Of a DNA stretch of 27,843 nt, positions 1 to 10,259 are shown piece by piece (the first letter of the stretch is position 1; each line of letters begins with the position of its first letter). The notes beneath the pieces were generated by a model that was given only the letters and a program-made list of their open reading frames with translations, was not told the DNA's origin and did no database searches. This DNA is from an uncultured Clostridia bacterium (GTDB lineage Bacteria > Bacillota > Clostridia > Oscillospirales > Oscillospiraceae): the NCBI GenBank assembly GCA_945613045.1, contig CALZAG010000001.1, positions 1 to 27,843 of the forward strand. The letters run 5' to 3'. A program made the position numbers and the translations under genes.

Positions 1-122
1 CAAAATTGTGCCGGACAAGGCGGCGGCTGCAGCACATAATGGAGATATATGCGCAAAGCCGCCAACGCAGGATGGCGTAATTTTGGCCGAAAAGATCGTC
101 TGATTTCTATTGCATATCAGTA

Positions 123-1769
<1,647 letters not shown>

Positions 1770-2054
1770 TTACTCAACTATTGCAAGAATGTCGCTCTGG
1801 CGAACGATGGTATATTCAACGTCGTCGAGCTTTATCTTGCTGCCGCTGTACTTGCCGACGAGCACCTTATCGCCGGCGCTCACGGTCATAACGACCTCGT
1901 TGCCGTCAACGACGCCGCCGGGGCCAACCTCGACAACTTCATATATCTCGGGCTTCTCCTGCGCGGACGCGGCAAGGAAAATGCCGCCCTGGGTTTTTTC
2001 TTCGGCTGCTCTCTGAACGAGAACGACTCTGTCTGACAAAGGCTTCAGTTTCAT
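1770..2054 (-). CDS. groES: Co-chaperonin GroES (Cpn10), 94 aa
   Basis: MKLKPLSDRVV...GGIFL...VGPG...GDKVLVGKYSG...DILAIVE. Start moved from the track's TTG (2069) to ATG 2054, 8 nt after a GGAGG RBS (2063-2067). Confidence 0.99.
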   Translation of the reverse strand: MKLKPLSDRVVLVQRAAEEKTQGGIFLAASAQEKPEIYEVVEVGPGGVVDGNEVVMTVSAGDKVLVGKYSGSKIKLDDVEYTIVRQSDILAIVE

Positions 2055-2094
2055 TATATATACCTCCAAATATTATTTACAAAACTCGACCGAG

Positions 2095-2121
2095 TTAGCA
2101 CTCTTTAGCCTCGAGTGCTAA
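2095..2121 (-). promoter_or_regulatory. CIRCE element (HrcA operator) upstream of groESL
   Basis: Exact TTAGCACTC-N9-GAGTGCTAA: 2095-2103, spacer tttagcctc, 2113-2121; lies between the promoter and the groES RBS. Confidence 0.98.
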
Positions 2122-2128
2122 CTCGGTT

Positions 2129-2159
2129 ATTATAATAGCACATATTCTGAAAATTTCAA
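2129..2159 (-). promoter_or_regulatory. Sigma-A promoter of groESL
   Basis: Minus strand TTGAAA (2159-2154), then extended -10 TGcTATTAT (16-nt spacer) overlapping a TATAAT (2134-2129); AT-rich UP-like tract 2160-2200 upstream. Exact -10 register is ambiguous. Confidence 0.7.
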
Positions 2160-2245
2160 GTACCTTTATAAAAAAATTTGCAAAAATTTTTATATATATT
2201 TCTTTTCAAAATTTCAGTCCGGGCATCAAGGGCATTATATTTATA

Positions 2246-3364
2246 CTATTTATAATACATAAACAGGTCACATTTTATCATGCCGTTATACAGTTTGCGC
2301 TTTTTATCGGCGGCTCTGCCGAAGGCGCGCTCAAATTCCGTGTGGGAGGACAGCAGGTAAAGCTTCCAGTTTTGCGTTTTGCGCCACGCCGCGCCGAAGG
2401 TTGCGTAAAGCCGCTCGGCCTCCTGTTTTTCCATGATGCGCTCGCCGTAGGGTGGGTTTGTAACGATGATGCCGTTTTCCGTCGCGCGGTCGAATTTCGC
2501 GGCGTCGGCTTTTTCAAAGCGCACGATATCCGCGACGCCCGCCCGCTCGGCGTTTTCCCTTGCGATGGAAAGCGCGTTAGGGTCTATATCCGCGCCCACG
2601 ATGCGGTAATCGCCGTTAAACTCGCGGCTGCGGGCCTCCTCTCTGGCCTGCTGCCAGATCTTATTATCGAAAATCCGCCAGTTCATGGCCGCAAAGCTGC
2701 GGTCAAGGCCGGGAGCACGGTTTTTAGCGATGAGCGCGGCCTCTATGGGGATCGTACCGCTTCCGCAGAAGGGGTCGCAGAAGTCCTCCCTGCCGCGGTA
2801 TCGGGAAAGCGACACCATCGCCGCCGCCATGGTCTCCTTGAGAGGAGCTGCGTTGTGAGCCGGACGGTAGCCGCGCTTGTGCAGCCCCTCGCCTGATGTG
2901 TCGAGGCACAGTGAGGCGACGTCCTTCATTATTGAAAACTGTATCTGACAGGTCTCGGCGGTCTCGGGGAACCACTCGATGCCGTAAACGCTTTTGAGCC
3001 TCTCGACGACCGCTTTTTTGATGATCTTCTGGCAGTCGGAAACGGAAAAGAGCTTTGAATTGAGACTGTAGCCCTTAACGGGGAAGGCCGCGTCCCTCGG
3101 AATGAGCGTTTCCCACGGCAAAGCCTTTGTTTTTTCAAAAAGCTCGTCAAAAGTATTCGCCTCAAACCTCCCCAGCTCCAGCAGCACCCGCTCGCCGATG
3201 CGGAGATTTATATTGGCCCTGGCTATATCCTCAGAGCCGCCGCGGAAATACACCCTGCCGTTTTCGTTTCTTACACCGGAAAGCTTCATGCGCCGCAGCT
3301 CGTCGGCGATAGGCCCCTCAAGCCCCAAAAGGCAGGGCACGCACAGCTCAAATTCTCTGTCCAT
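2246..3364 (-). CDS. THUMP-domain class I SAM-dependent RNA methyltransferase (RlmL/YpsC-like, probable 23S rRNA m2G), about 372 aa
   Basis: N-terminal THUMP region, APLKETMAAAMV, DPFCGSGTIPIEAA SAM motif, IVTNPPYGER. Start set at ATG 3364 (MDREFEL) after a GGGAG RBS. Confidence 0.92.
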   Translation of the reverse strand: MDREFELCVPCLLGLEGPIADELRRMKLSGVRNENGRVYFRGGSEDIARANINLRIGERVLLELGRFEANTFDELFEKTKALPWETLIPRDAAFPVKGYSLNSKLFSVSDCQKIIKKAVVERLKSVYGIEWFPETAETCQIQFSIMKDVASLCLDTSGEGLHKRGYRPAHNAAPLKETMAAAMVSLSRYRGREDFCDPFCGSGTIPIEAALIAKNRAPGLDRSFAAMNWRIFDNKIWQQAREEARSREFNGDYRIVGADIDPNALSIARENAERAGVADIVRFEKADAAKFDRATENGIIVTNPPYGERIMEKQEAERLYATFGAAWRKTQNWKLYLLSSHTEFERAFGRAADKKRKLYNGMIKCDLFMYYK

Positions 3365-3556
3365 AGCGCTTCTCCCAAACCGTCCCCCTGCGGAGGGCAT
3401 GTTTTAAAATAATGATTTTTTCTTAAGAATACTTTAATTTTTTTTGAAAGTAAACCAAAAAATCTTCTTTCCGCGAAAATTCCTTTTATTTGCAGATTAT
3501 TTCAAATTTTTATACTTAGTATGCCAAAAAGTCATGAACAATTTGTTACAAAACTA

Positions 3557-3585
3557 TTGATTTCCCATGAAAATAAGTATATACT
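3557..3585 (+). promoter_or_regulatory. Sigma-A promoter of the hypothetical gene-cstA unit
   Basis: TTGATT (3557-3562), 17 nt, TATACT (3580-3585). Confidence 0.7.
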
Positions 3586-3688
3586 GTTAACGTGTTTGGA
3601 GATAATTTAACAATGTTTGTATTTTTGCACACAGTTTTCCGTTTACGTTATCGCGTTATATACAGGAGTTTTGTGAGGGAGGGTGTGT

Positions 3689-4189
3689 ATGACAAGAGCC
3701 GAAGCCATTGATATCCTGTGCGAAAGCTATTCCGGATATTTTGACATCGAGCGTTTCGACGGCGGCGAGAATGAGCTTGCCGCGACCTGCTTTCTCCACG
3801 TGCACTCCGAGAAATACGTCCTCGTGAAGGCGGCAAAGCTCTGGGAGGCCGACAGCAACGAGTATGTCTATATCTTCTCCGTTCCTCATCTCACAGAGGA
3901 GATATTCTCCCGCTGCAGGGACTACGCCTACAAGGAAGGTATGACTCACATTGAGCCCAAGCCCGGGCATATGTGCTCTTATATAACCGCCCTGTTTATC
4001 TGCGACACCTGCGATGACAAGGCCCTCAAGGCGCTCAAAAAAACGAGGATATACAAGAGCTTCCGTCTCTCCTATTACGGCTGGATGGATTTTCATACCG
4101 GCGTGATAGCGCTTGATAACGGAATGACTGCCGCGAATGGCAGCGGACGCAGTACAGCACAGCTTTTGAAAAAAACGCTGCTGAAATAA
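3689..4189 (+). CDS. Hypothetical cytoplasmic protein, about 166 aa
   Basis: Clean ORF after a GGGAGGG RBS with host-like codon usage; ends 26 nt before cstA; no motif recognised. Confidence 0.8.
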   Translation: MTRAEAIDILCESYSGYFDIERFDGGENELAATCFLHVHSEKYVLVKAAKLWEADSNEYVYIFSVPHLTEEIFSRCRDYAYKEGMTHIEPKPGHMCSYITALFICDTCDDKALKALKKTRIYKSFRLSYYGWMDFHTGVIALDNGMTAANGSGRSTAQLLKKTLLK

Positions 4190-4215
4190 ATTTTTAAAAA
4201 GGGAGAGAACTCTAA

Positions 4216-5955
4216 ATGAATGCTGCTGTATTACTTATAATCAGCATAGCCATTCTGGTCGTAGGTTACATATTCTACGGCGGATGGCTGGCAAAAAAGT
4301 GGGGAGTAGACTCCAAGAACGTCACTCCTGCTCACACCATGGAAGATGGTGTTGACTATGTTCCCGCAAAGGCACCCGTGCTTATGGGACACCATTTCTC
4401 CTCTATCGCCGGCGCAGGCCCCATAAACGGACCTATCCAGGCCGCTGTTTTCGGCTGGGTCCCCGTCGCTCTTTGGGTACTCATAGGCGGTATCTTCTTC
4501 GGCGGCGTGCATGACTTCGGCGCTCTGTTCGCATCCGTCCGCAACAAGGGCAAGTCCATCGGCACCGTCATTGAAGACAGTATCGGCCTCAAGGCAAAGC
4601 GTCTGTTCATCACCTTCGCTTACCTGACCCTCCTGCTCGTCGTTGCCGCATTCGCTTCCATCGTCGCCAACACCTTCAAGGCCACCTTCCTTGAAAACGG
4701 CGCTGTTGACTACGCGGCCAGCGCAGCAAACGCAAGCACCGCGATGATCTCCATCTTCTTCATCGTCGTTGCTATCCTCTTCGGCTTCTTCGTATACAGA
4801 AGAAACGCTCCTCTCGGTGTTTCCACCGTTATCGGCGTTGCCCTCATCGTTGGCTGCATGGTTCTCGGTCTGAACTGGCATCCCATCTACCTCAGCTATG
4901 AGGCATGGATGATCATCTGCGGCGTGTACATTCTCGTCGCCTCCGTCACTCCTGTCTGGATTCTTCTGCAGCCCCGTGACTACCTGAGCTCCTTCCTGCT
5001 CTACGGTATGATGATCCTCGCCGTCGTCGGCATCATCGGCTGCCATCCCAGCATCGACACAATGCCCGCGTTCACCGGCTTCTATGACACCGTTGCCCCG
5101 ACCGGCAGCTCCATCGGCTACCTGTTCCCGGCACTGTTCGTCACCATCGCCTGCGGCGCTATCTCCGGCTTCCATTCCCTTGTCGGCTCCGGCACCACCG
5201 CAAAGCAGCTCAACCGCGAGCAGGACGCACGCCCCATCGCTTACGGCGGTATGCTCATCGAGTCTGCTCTGGCGATCATCTCCCTCTGCGCCGTTGCATA
5301 CATCTGGAAGGATTACGCATCCGGCACCACCGTCGTTCCCACCGCAGTTTTTGCAGGCGGCCTGTCCCAGATGCTCGGTACCCTGTTCGGTGCCGGCGCG
5401 CAGAGCATCACCTACTCTCTGCTCATCCTCGCGGTCTCCGCGTTCTGCCTGACCTCTCTTGACACCGCTACCCGTCTTGCCCGCTACATGTTCCAGGAGT
5501 TCTGGGTAAAGCCCGGCGAAGACATCAAGACCCTGACCGGTGCAAGAAAAGTTCTTGTTAATCCGTACGTTTCAACTATCATCACCGTCGTTATCGGCAT
5601 TGCACTCGGTATGACCGGTTATGCTAAGATCTGGGCTCTGTTCGGCGCTGCAAACCAGCTCCTGGCAGCTCTCGGTCTGCTTGCCGTCGCAGCATGGCTC
5701 GGCAAGATCGGCAGGAACAACAAGATGTTCTACATCCCCATGGTATTCATGCTTCTTGTTACCCTGACCTCTCTTGTGTTCACCATCAAGACTCAGATCG
5801 GCCTCATCACCACCGGTGCTGACGTGACCTGGGGCATCGTCCGCGGCGTCATCGCTGTACTGCTCATCGTCCTTGCCATCGACCTTGTTATCCAGGGCGT
5901 CAAGGCTCTGAGCGCACAGTCCAAGGCAAAGGCTCAGGAGAACCCCGCTCAGTAA
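4216..5955 (+). CDS. cstA: Carbon starvation protein A family transporter (peptide/pyruvate uptake), 579 aa
   Basis: TPAH...DGVDYVP, GHHFSSIAGAGPINGPI, IACGAISGFHSL, LTSLDTATRLARY, IWALFGAANQLLA; highly hydrophobic. Confidence 0.96.
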   Translation: MNAAVLLIISIAILVVGYIFYGGWLAKKWGVDSKNVTPAHTMEDGVDYVPAKAPVLMGHHFSSIAGAGPINGPIQAAVFGWVPVALWVLIGGIFFGGVHDFGALFASVRNKGKSIGTVIEDSIGLKAKRLFITFAYLTLLLVVAAFASIVANTFKATFLENGAVDYAASAANASTAMISIFFIVVAILFGFFVYRRNAPLGVSTVIGVALIVGCMVLGLNWHPIYLSYEAWMIICGVYILVASVTPVWILLQPRDYLSSFLLYGMMILAVVGIIGCHPSIDTMPAFTGFYDTVAPTGSSIGYLFPALFVTIACGAISGFHSLVGSGTTAKQLNREQDARPIAYGGMLIESALAIISLCAVAYIWKDYASGTTVVPTAVFAGGLSQMLGTLFGAGAQSITYSLLILAVSAFCLTSLDTATRLARYMFQEFWVKPGEDIKTLTGARKVLVNPYVSTIITVVIGIALGMTGYAKIWALFGAANQLLAALGLLAVAAWLGKIGRNNKMFYIPMVFMLLVTLTSLVFTIKTQIGLITTGADVTWGIVRGVIAVLLIVLAIDLVIQGVKALSAQSKAKAQENPAQ

Positions 5956-5978
5956 TAGACTGACAGCAACATAATGAT

Positions 5979-6009
5979 AAAGGAGCTGCCGCAGGGCAGC
6001 TCCTTTTTT
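5979..6009 (+). terminator. Intrinsic terminator after cstA
   Basis: AAAGGAGCTGCC-gcag-GGCAGCTCCTTT followed by further Ts. Confidence 0.93.
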
Positions 6010-6085
6010 ACATTTTATTCACCTTTACAAACGGCCTTGATGTATAATATAAATTGTATCAATTTATAACCAAGGGGGAAATACT

Positions 6086-6772
6086 ATGAATAAGAAAGCC
6101 CTCGTTGTTGAAGACGACGTTAATATTGCCGAGCTGCTCATGCTCTATCTGGAGAAGGACGGCTTTGAAGTCAGCATAGCCCACGACGGTGGAAAGGGAG
6201 TCGCCATGTTCAGCGAGCTTCAGCCCGATCTGGTGCTGCTGGATATCATGATGCCCGTCATGGACGGTATGCAGGTCTGCCGCGAGATCCGTAAGACCTC
6301 CTCCGTGCCCATCATTATGCTCACAGCCAAGGGTGCGGTGGGCGACAAGGTCGCCGGTCTTGACATCGGTGCGGACGACTATATCACCAAGCCCTTTGAG
6401 GTTAAGGAGCTTCTGGCCCGTATCCACGCGGTCATGCGGCGCTCCGAGGCCGAGTCCGCGCCCAAGGAGAAGAAGCTCATTTATGACAAGCTCGTCATAA
6501 ACCTCGACTCCTATGAGCTGCTTGTCGACGGCGTTAAGGTGGACACGCCGCCCAAAGAAATGGAGCTGCTCTACCATCTTGCCGCCTCGCCAAATATTGT
6601 TTTCACGAGAAATCAGCTGCTCGACGAGGTTTGGGGCTTTGATTATTTCGGAGACTCGCGCACCGTCGATGTACACATAAAGCGCCTTAGAGAGAAGCTT
6701 GAGGGCGTATCTCCCCAATGGTCGCTGCAGACCGTCTGGGGCGTAGGGTATAAATTTGAAGTCGCCAAGTAA
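6086..6772 (+). CDS. OmpR/PhoB-family response regulator, 228 aa
   Basis: VVEDD, LLDIMMP (phospho-acceptor Asp), DYITKPF, winged-helix DSRTVDVHIKRLREKL...TVWGVGYK. Confidence 0.97.
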   Translation: MNKKALVVEDDVNIAELLMLYLEKDGFEVSIAHDGGKGVAMFSELQPDLVLLDIMMPVMDGMQVCREIRKTSSVPIIMLTAKGAVGDKVAGLDIGADDYITKPFEVKELLARIHAVMRRSEAESAPKEKKLIYDKLVINLDSYELLVDGVKVDTPPKEMELLYHLAASPNIVFTRNQLLDEVWGFDYFGDSRTVDVHIKRLREKLEGVSPQWSLQTVWGVGYKFEVAK

Positions 6773-8206
6773 ATGAAAAGCATATATTTAAGGAATTTCC
6801 TTGCCACGGCGCTGCTGGTGTTCTTCTGTTTTCTCATTATCGGCGCTTCCTTCTTCTTCCTCGGGCGCAGCTACCTTATCAGCAACACCCGGGACAGGAT
6901 GAGCGCCTGCGCCGACGAGGTCGTGCGCACTGCCTCCGCGCTTGCCAAACAGGAATCGCTTGCAAGCTGGAACCTTCGCATGACCATCAGCCCCATCGCC
7001 AGCGCCACCTCCAGCCACATATTCATCTGCGATCAGGACGGTCTTGTGCTGTCCTGTTCCGATTTGGCCCTTCACTGCGCCAAGCATCAGGGCAAGCTGC
7101 TTGATTCGTCTGTGGTCTCGACCCTGCAGAACACCGGAAACTTTGACAGTTTGACCGATCTCGGCGGCTTCTACCCCGAGCAGCAGTACGTCGTTGCAAA
7201 GCCCATAAATTCCGAAGGAGAGCTGCTCGGCTATGTGTTCGTATCCTCAAACGACGTCGTCATCATGAGCGGCTGGCAGACCTTTATGGGCGTTGTGTTC
7301 GCGGTCGGCGTCGCGGTGATGCTCGTTGCTATGCTCATGAGCCTCATATATTCCAAGAAAATGGCCGAGCCCCTGGATGAGCTGACACTGGCGGCGCGGA
7401 AATTCGCCATGGGCGATTTTTCCGTTCGCGTGAACACCAAGGAAGACCGCGACGATGAGATAGGCACCCTTCTTGAGTCGTTCAACCTCATGGCCGACTC
7501 GCTCGAGCAGAGTGAGAACAAGCGTCAGGAATTCGTGGCCAACATCTCCCATGAACTGCGCACGCCCATGACCACCATAGCCGGCTTCGCGGACGGCATA
7601 CTCGACGGCACCATACCGCATGAGCAGGAGGAAAAGTACCTGCGCAAGATCGCCGACGAGACACGCAGGCTGTCGCGCCTCGTGCGCAATATGCTCAATC
7701 TCAGTCAGGCCGAAAGCGATGCCGTGGACAAGTCAAAGCGCACAAAATTTGACCTTTCCGAGCTTCTGCTCCAGAGCATGCTCAGCTTTGAGGGGCGGGC
7801 AAAGGAGAAAAATCTCGACGTCGATCCCCAGCTTCCGGAGGATCCCATAATCGTTTTCGCCGAGCGCGACTCCATTACGCAGGTCATCTATAACCTGACG
7901 GACAACGCCGTTAAGTTTGCCTCCCCCGGGAGCACCATAACCATCAGGCTCTATAAAAAGGGAGGCAAGGCCTATGTTTCCGTCAAAAACATCGGCGAGA
8001 CCATCCCAAAGGACGATCTGCCCTACATTTTCGACCGCTTCCACAAGTCCGACCGCTCCCGCAGTATGGATAAGGACGGCGTTGGGCTGGGTCTGTATCT
8101 TGTCAAGAAGATACTCAACAGCCACGATGAGGATGTGGCCGTGACCAGCCGCGACGGCGTAACGGTATTCGTATTCACGCTGCCGCTGGCAATGCCCGCA
8201 AAATAA
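6773..8206 (+). CDS. HAMP-domain sensor histidine kinase, 477 aa
   Basis: Two TM segments, HAMP (DEIGTLLESFNLMA), H-box ANISHELRTPMT, N-box NLTDNAVKF, G-box GLGLYLVK; starts immediately after the regulator stop. Confidence 0.97.
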   Translation: MKSIYLRNFLATALLVFFCFLIIGASFFFLGRSYLISNTRDRMSACADEVVRTASALAKQESLASWNLRMTISPIASATSSHIFICDQDGLVLSCSDLALHCAKHQGKLLDSSVVSTLQNTGNFDSLTDLGGFYPEQQYVVAKPINSEGELLGYVFVSSNDVVIMSGWQTFMGVVFAVGVAVMLVAMLMSLIYSKKMAEPLDELTLAARKFAMGDFSVRVNTKEDRDDEIGTLLESFNLMADSLEQSENKRQEFVANISHELRTPMTTIAGFADGILDGTIPHEQEEKYLRKIADETRRLSRLVRNMLNLSQAESDAVDKSKRTKFDLSELLLQSMLSFEGRAKEKNLDVDPQLPEDPIIVFAERDSITQVIYNLTDNAVKFASPGSTITIRLYKKGGKAYVSVKNIGETIPKDDLPYIFDRFHKSDRSRSMDKDGVGLGLYLVKKILNSHDEDVAVTSRDGVTVFVFTLPLAMPAK

Positions 8207-8241
8207 CACGCGCTGCCATGTGCGGCGGATTGGAGATAAAT

Positions 8242-9519
8242 ATGAGCTGGTACAGCAGCAACAACAACTGGTATAAGGCTGAAAGCACGGCTCCGCAGGG
8301 CGGGTACGGCGCGCCGCGGCAGCAGCCTCAGACCCCTCCGCCGGGTAATCGCAGGGTTCGGATGATCGCCGTAATCGTCTGCATATGTCTTATAGCTGCC
8401 GGCATCTGGATCGCTGCGACAGGTGGCGGCAGCAGAGTATCCCAATACAACTCCGACGGTATGCCCGTCCTCTGGCAGGACTATATGGACAGTCTTTACG
8501 ACTCTGACACTTTCACGCAGACCGAGATCAATATCCCGGTTGCCGATGAGCGGGGCAGCTTTGCGCTGCAAATGAGCTCCTCCGGCGGCGCTGCGCTGGA
8601 TTTCAGCGAGATCTATGAAAAGTGCGTCCCCTCCGTCGTCGGCATCAAGAGCTTCATCGGCGACAGTCCCGATTATTACGGCTGGGGCAGCGGCGTTATC
8701 GTCTCCTCCGACGGCTATGTGCTCACTAACACTCATGTCATTGACGGCGGCGACTCTGCCAAGGTCGTCCTTTACGACGGCAGCGAGCACGAGGCAAAGC
8801 TTGTCGGCTATGACAGCCAGAGCGACATCGCGGTCATAAAGATCGAGGCCGAGGGCCTCACGGCAGCGGAATTCGCATCTAGCTCGGATCTGAGCGTGGG
8901 CGACAGCGTTGCGGCCATCGGAAATCCCCTGAGCCCCGACCTTCGTCTGACCATGACGCGCGGCATAATCTCCGCACTAAACCGCGAGATTAGCTATAAC
9001 GGCACGGTTATGAGCCTTATCCAGACCGACGCATCCATCAATGAGGGCAACTCCGGCGGCCCGCTGTTTAACGACCGCGGTCAGGTCATCGGCATCACCA
9101 ACATGAAGATGATATCCACCTTCGGCAGCGGCATCGAGGGTCTCGGCTTCGCCATCCCCTCCGACACCGTAAAAACGATCGTCGGCGCTCTGGTTAAGGA
9201 CGGCGCGGTCTACGGACGCAGCACCATCGGCGTCACTATAGGCCCCATAAGCGAGGAGATAGCCGATTATTACGACATTCCCCAGGGGCTTTATGTGTCC
9301 TATGTGCTCGCCGGCTCCGACGCCGAGGCACAGGGCATTGAGAAGGGCGATATAATAATCAAGGTCAACGGTACCGACGCCCGCCAAAACGCCGATATTT
9401 CGGCCGTGAAAGCCGAGCTTGAGATAGGCGACACGATAGACTTCACCGTCTGGCGCGACGGAAAAGCCTTTGACGTTTCCGTAGAGCTTATGGACGGTGC
9501 CGAAATCAGCGACGGCTAA
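8242..9519 (+). CDS. htrA: HtrA/DegP-family membrane-anchored serine protease with one PDZ domain, about 425 aa
   Basis: Catalytic triad LTNTHVI, SDIAVI, GNSGGPL; N-terminal TM helix; C-terminal PDZ. Start set at ATG 8242 after a GGAG RBS. Confidence 0.93.
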   Translation: MSWYSSNNNWYKAESTAPQGGYGAPRQQPQTPPPGNRRVRMIAVIVCICLIAAGIWIAATGGGSRVSQYNSDGMPVLWQDYMDSLYDSDTFTQTEINIPVADERGSFALQMSSSGGAALDFSEIYEKCVPSVVGIKSFIGDSPDYYGWGSGVIVSSDGYVLTNTHVIDGGDSAKVVLYDGSEHEAKLVGYDSQSDIAVIKIEAEGLTAAEFASSSDLSVGDSVAAIGNPLSPDLRLTMTRGIISALNREISYNGTVMSLIQTDASINEGNSGGPLFNDRGQVIGITNMKMISTFGSGIEGLGFAIPSDTVKTIVGALVKDGAVYGRSTIGVTIGPISEEIADYYDIPQGLYVSYVLAGSDAEAQGIEKGDIIIKVNGTDARQNADISAVKAELEIGDTIDFTVWRDGKAFDVSVELMDGAEISDG

Positions 9520-9533
9520 CAGCGAAAAACTGC

Positions 9534-9560
9534 CCCCCGAAGCGCGGTTCGCTTCGGGGG
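9534..9560. terminator. GC-rich hairpin after htrA (probable terminator)
   Basis: CCCCCGAAGCG-cggtt-CGCTTCGGGGG; the U-tract is weak on the plus strand (A-run precedes the stem). Confidence 0.65.
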
Positions 9561-9582
9561 CTTGCCTTGCAGTCAAAAACTG

Positions 9583-9611
9583 TTTACAATTTGATATATT
9601 TGTATTAAAAT
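9583..9611 (+). promoter_or_regulatory. Sigma-A promoter of the MarR gene
   Basis: TTTACA (9583-9588), 17 nt, TAAAAT (9606-9611). Confidence 0.7.
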
Positions 9612-9671
9612 ATATTAAATAACTGTTGTTTTTTCCGGATACAGATTTTGGACTCATATGGAGGCTTCAAT

Positions 9672-10118
9672 ATGCTTCAGGACAGTTTTATTAATGTATA
9701 CGATAAATTCAAGCTGGAATTCTTCCGCCGTATCTTTGAGCTCGTTCGGGAGCGTGAGGGCTCCCTCAGCGCGATGGAGGCCTTTTCCATTGAGATCATC
9801 CACGCTCTTGATGAGCCCACCGTCGGCCAGTTCGCGGAGTTTTTGAACATTTCGCAGTCAAACGCCACCTATAAGGTAAATAACCTCATAAAAAAGGGGT
9901 ACCTCAAAAAGCAGAATTCGTCCACCGACCGCAGGGAATATCACCTTGTGCTCTCTGAAAAGTACTACGGCTATACGGACATCATGCGCGGCTATGTGAA
10001 GACCGTCATGGACAGGATCGAAGCGAGCTTCACACCCGAGGAGACCGAGCTTTTTTCGAAAATGCTCGGCCGCATTTCGGATGAGCTTATGCCCGAGGCA
10101 GGCGTATTTAAAACATAA
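9672..10118 (+). CDS. MarR-family transcriptional regulator, about 148 aa
   Basis: wHTH pattern TVGQFAEFLNISQSNATYKVNNLIKKGYL...DRREYHLVLSEK. Start set at ATG 9672 after GGAGG (9660-9664). Confidence 0.92.
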   Translation: MLQDSFINVYDKFKLEFFRRIFELVREREGSLSAMEAFSIEIIHALDEPTVGQFAEFLNISQSNATYKVNNLIKKGYLKKQNSSTDRREYHLVLSEKYYGYTDIMRGYVKTVMDRIEASFTPEETELFSKMLGRISDELMPEAGVFKT

Positions 10119-10128
10119 AACAGACTTC

Positions 10129-10156
10129 AAAAAGTGCGGCCAAAACCGCGCTTTTT
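10129..10156 (+). terminator. Intrinsic terminator after marR
   Basis: AAAAAGTGCGG-ccaaaa-CCGCGCTTTTT (one G-U pair). Confidence 0.8.
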
Positions 10157-10177
10157 GCTCTTTTCAGCGCTGCATTG

Positions 10178-10206
10178 TTGACATTACTATACTGATGGTA
10201 TAGAAT
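10178..10206 (+). promoter_or_regulatory. Sigma-A promoter of the aconitase X operon
   Basis: TTGACA (10178-10183), 17 nt, TAGAAT (10201-10206). Confidence 0.85.
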
Positions 10207-10259
10207 GTAGTTGTTAATTGAGTGACAAATTTTACTTATATAAGGATGTGATTTGCCAA

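Noticed and set aside
2167-2194. 24/28 AT-rich palindrome centred on TTTGCAAA
   Set aside because: Low complexity; sits where a UP element of the groESL promoter is expected, so no separate function is needed.
3584-3613. Rex-like half-sites (CTGTTAA, TTAACAA) in the cstA operon leader
   Set aside because: Neither half-site has a properly spaced partner; each candidate 18-mer has at least 3 mismatches in one arm.
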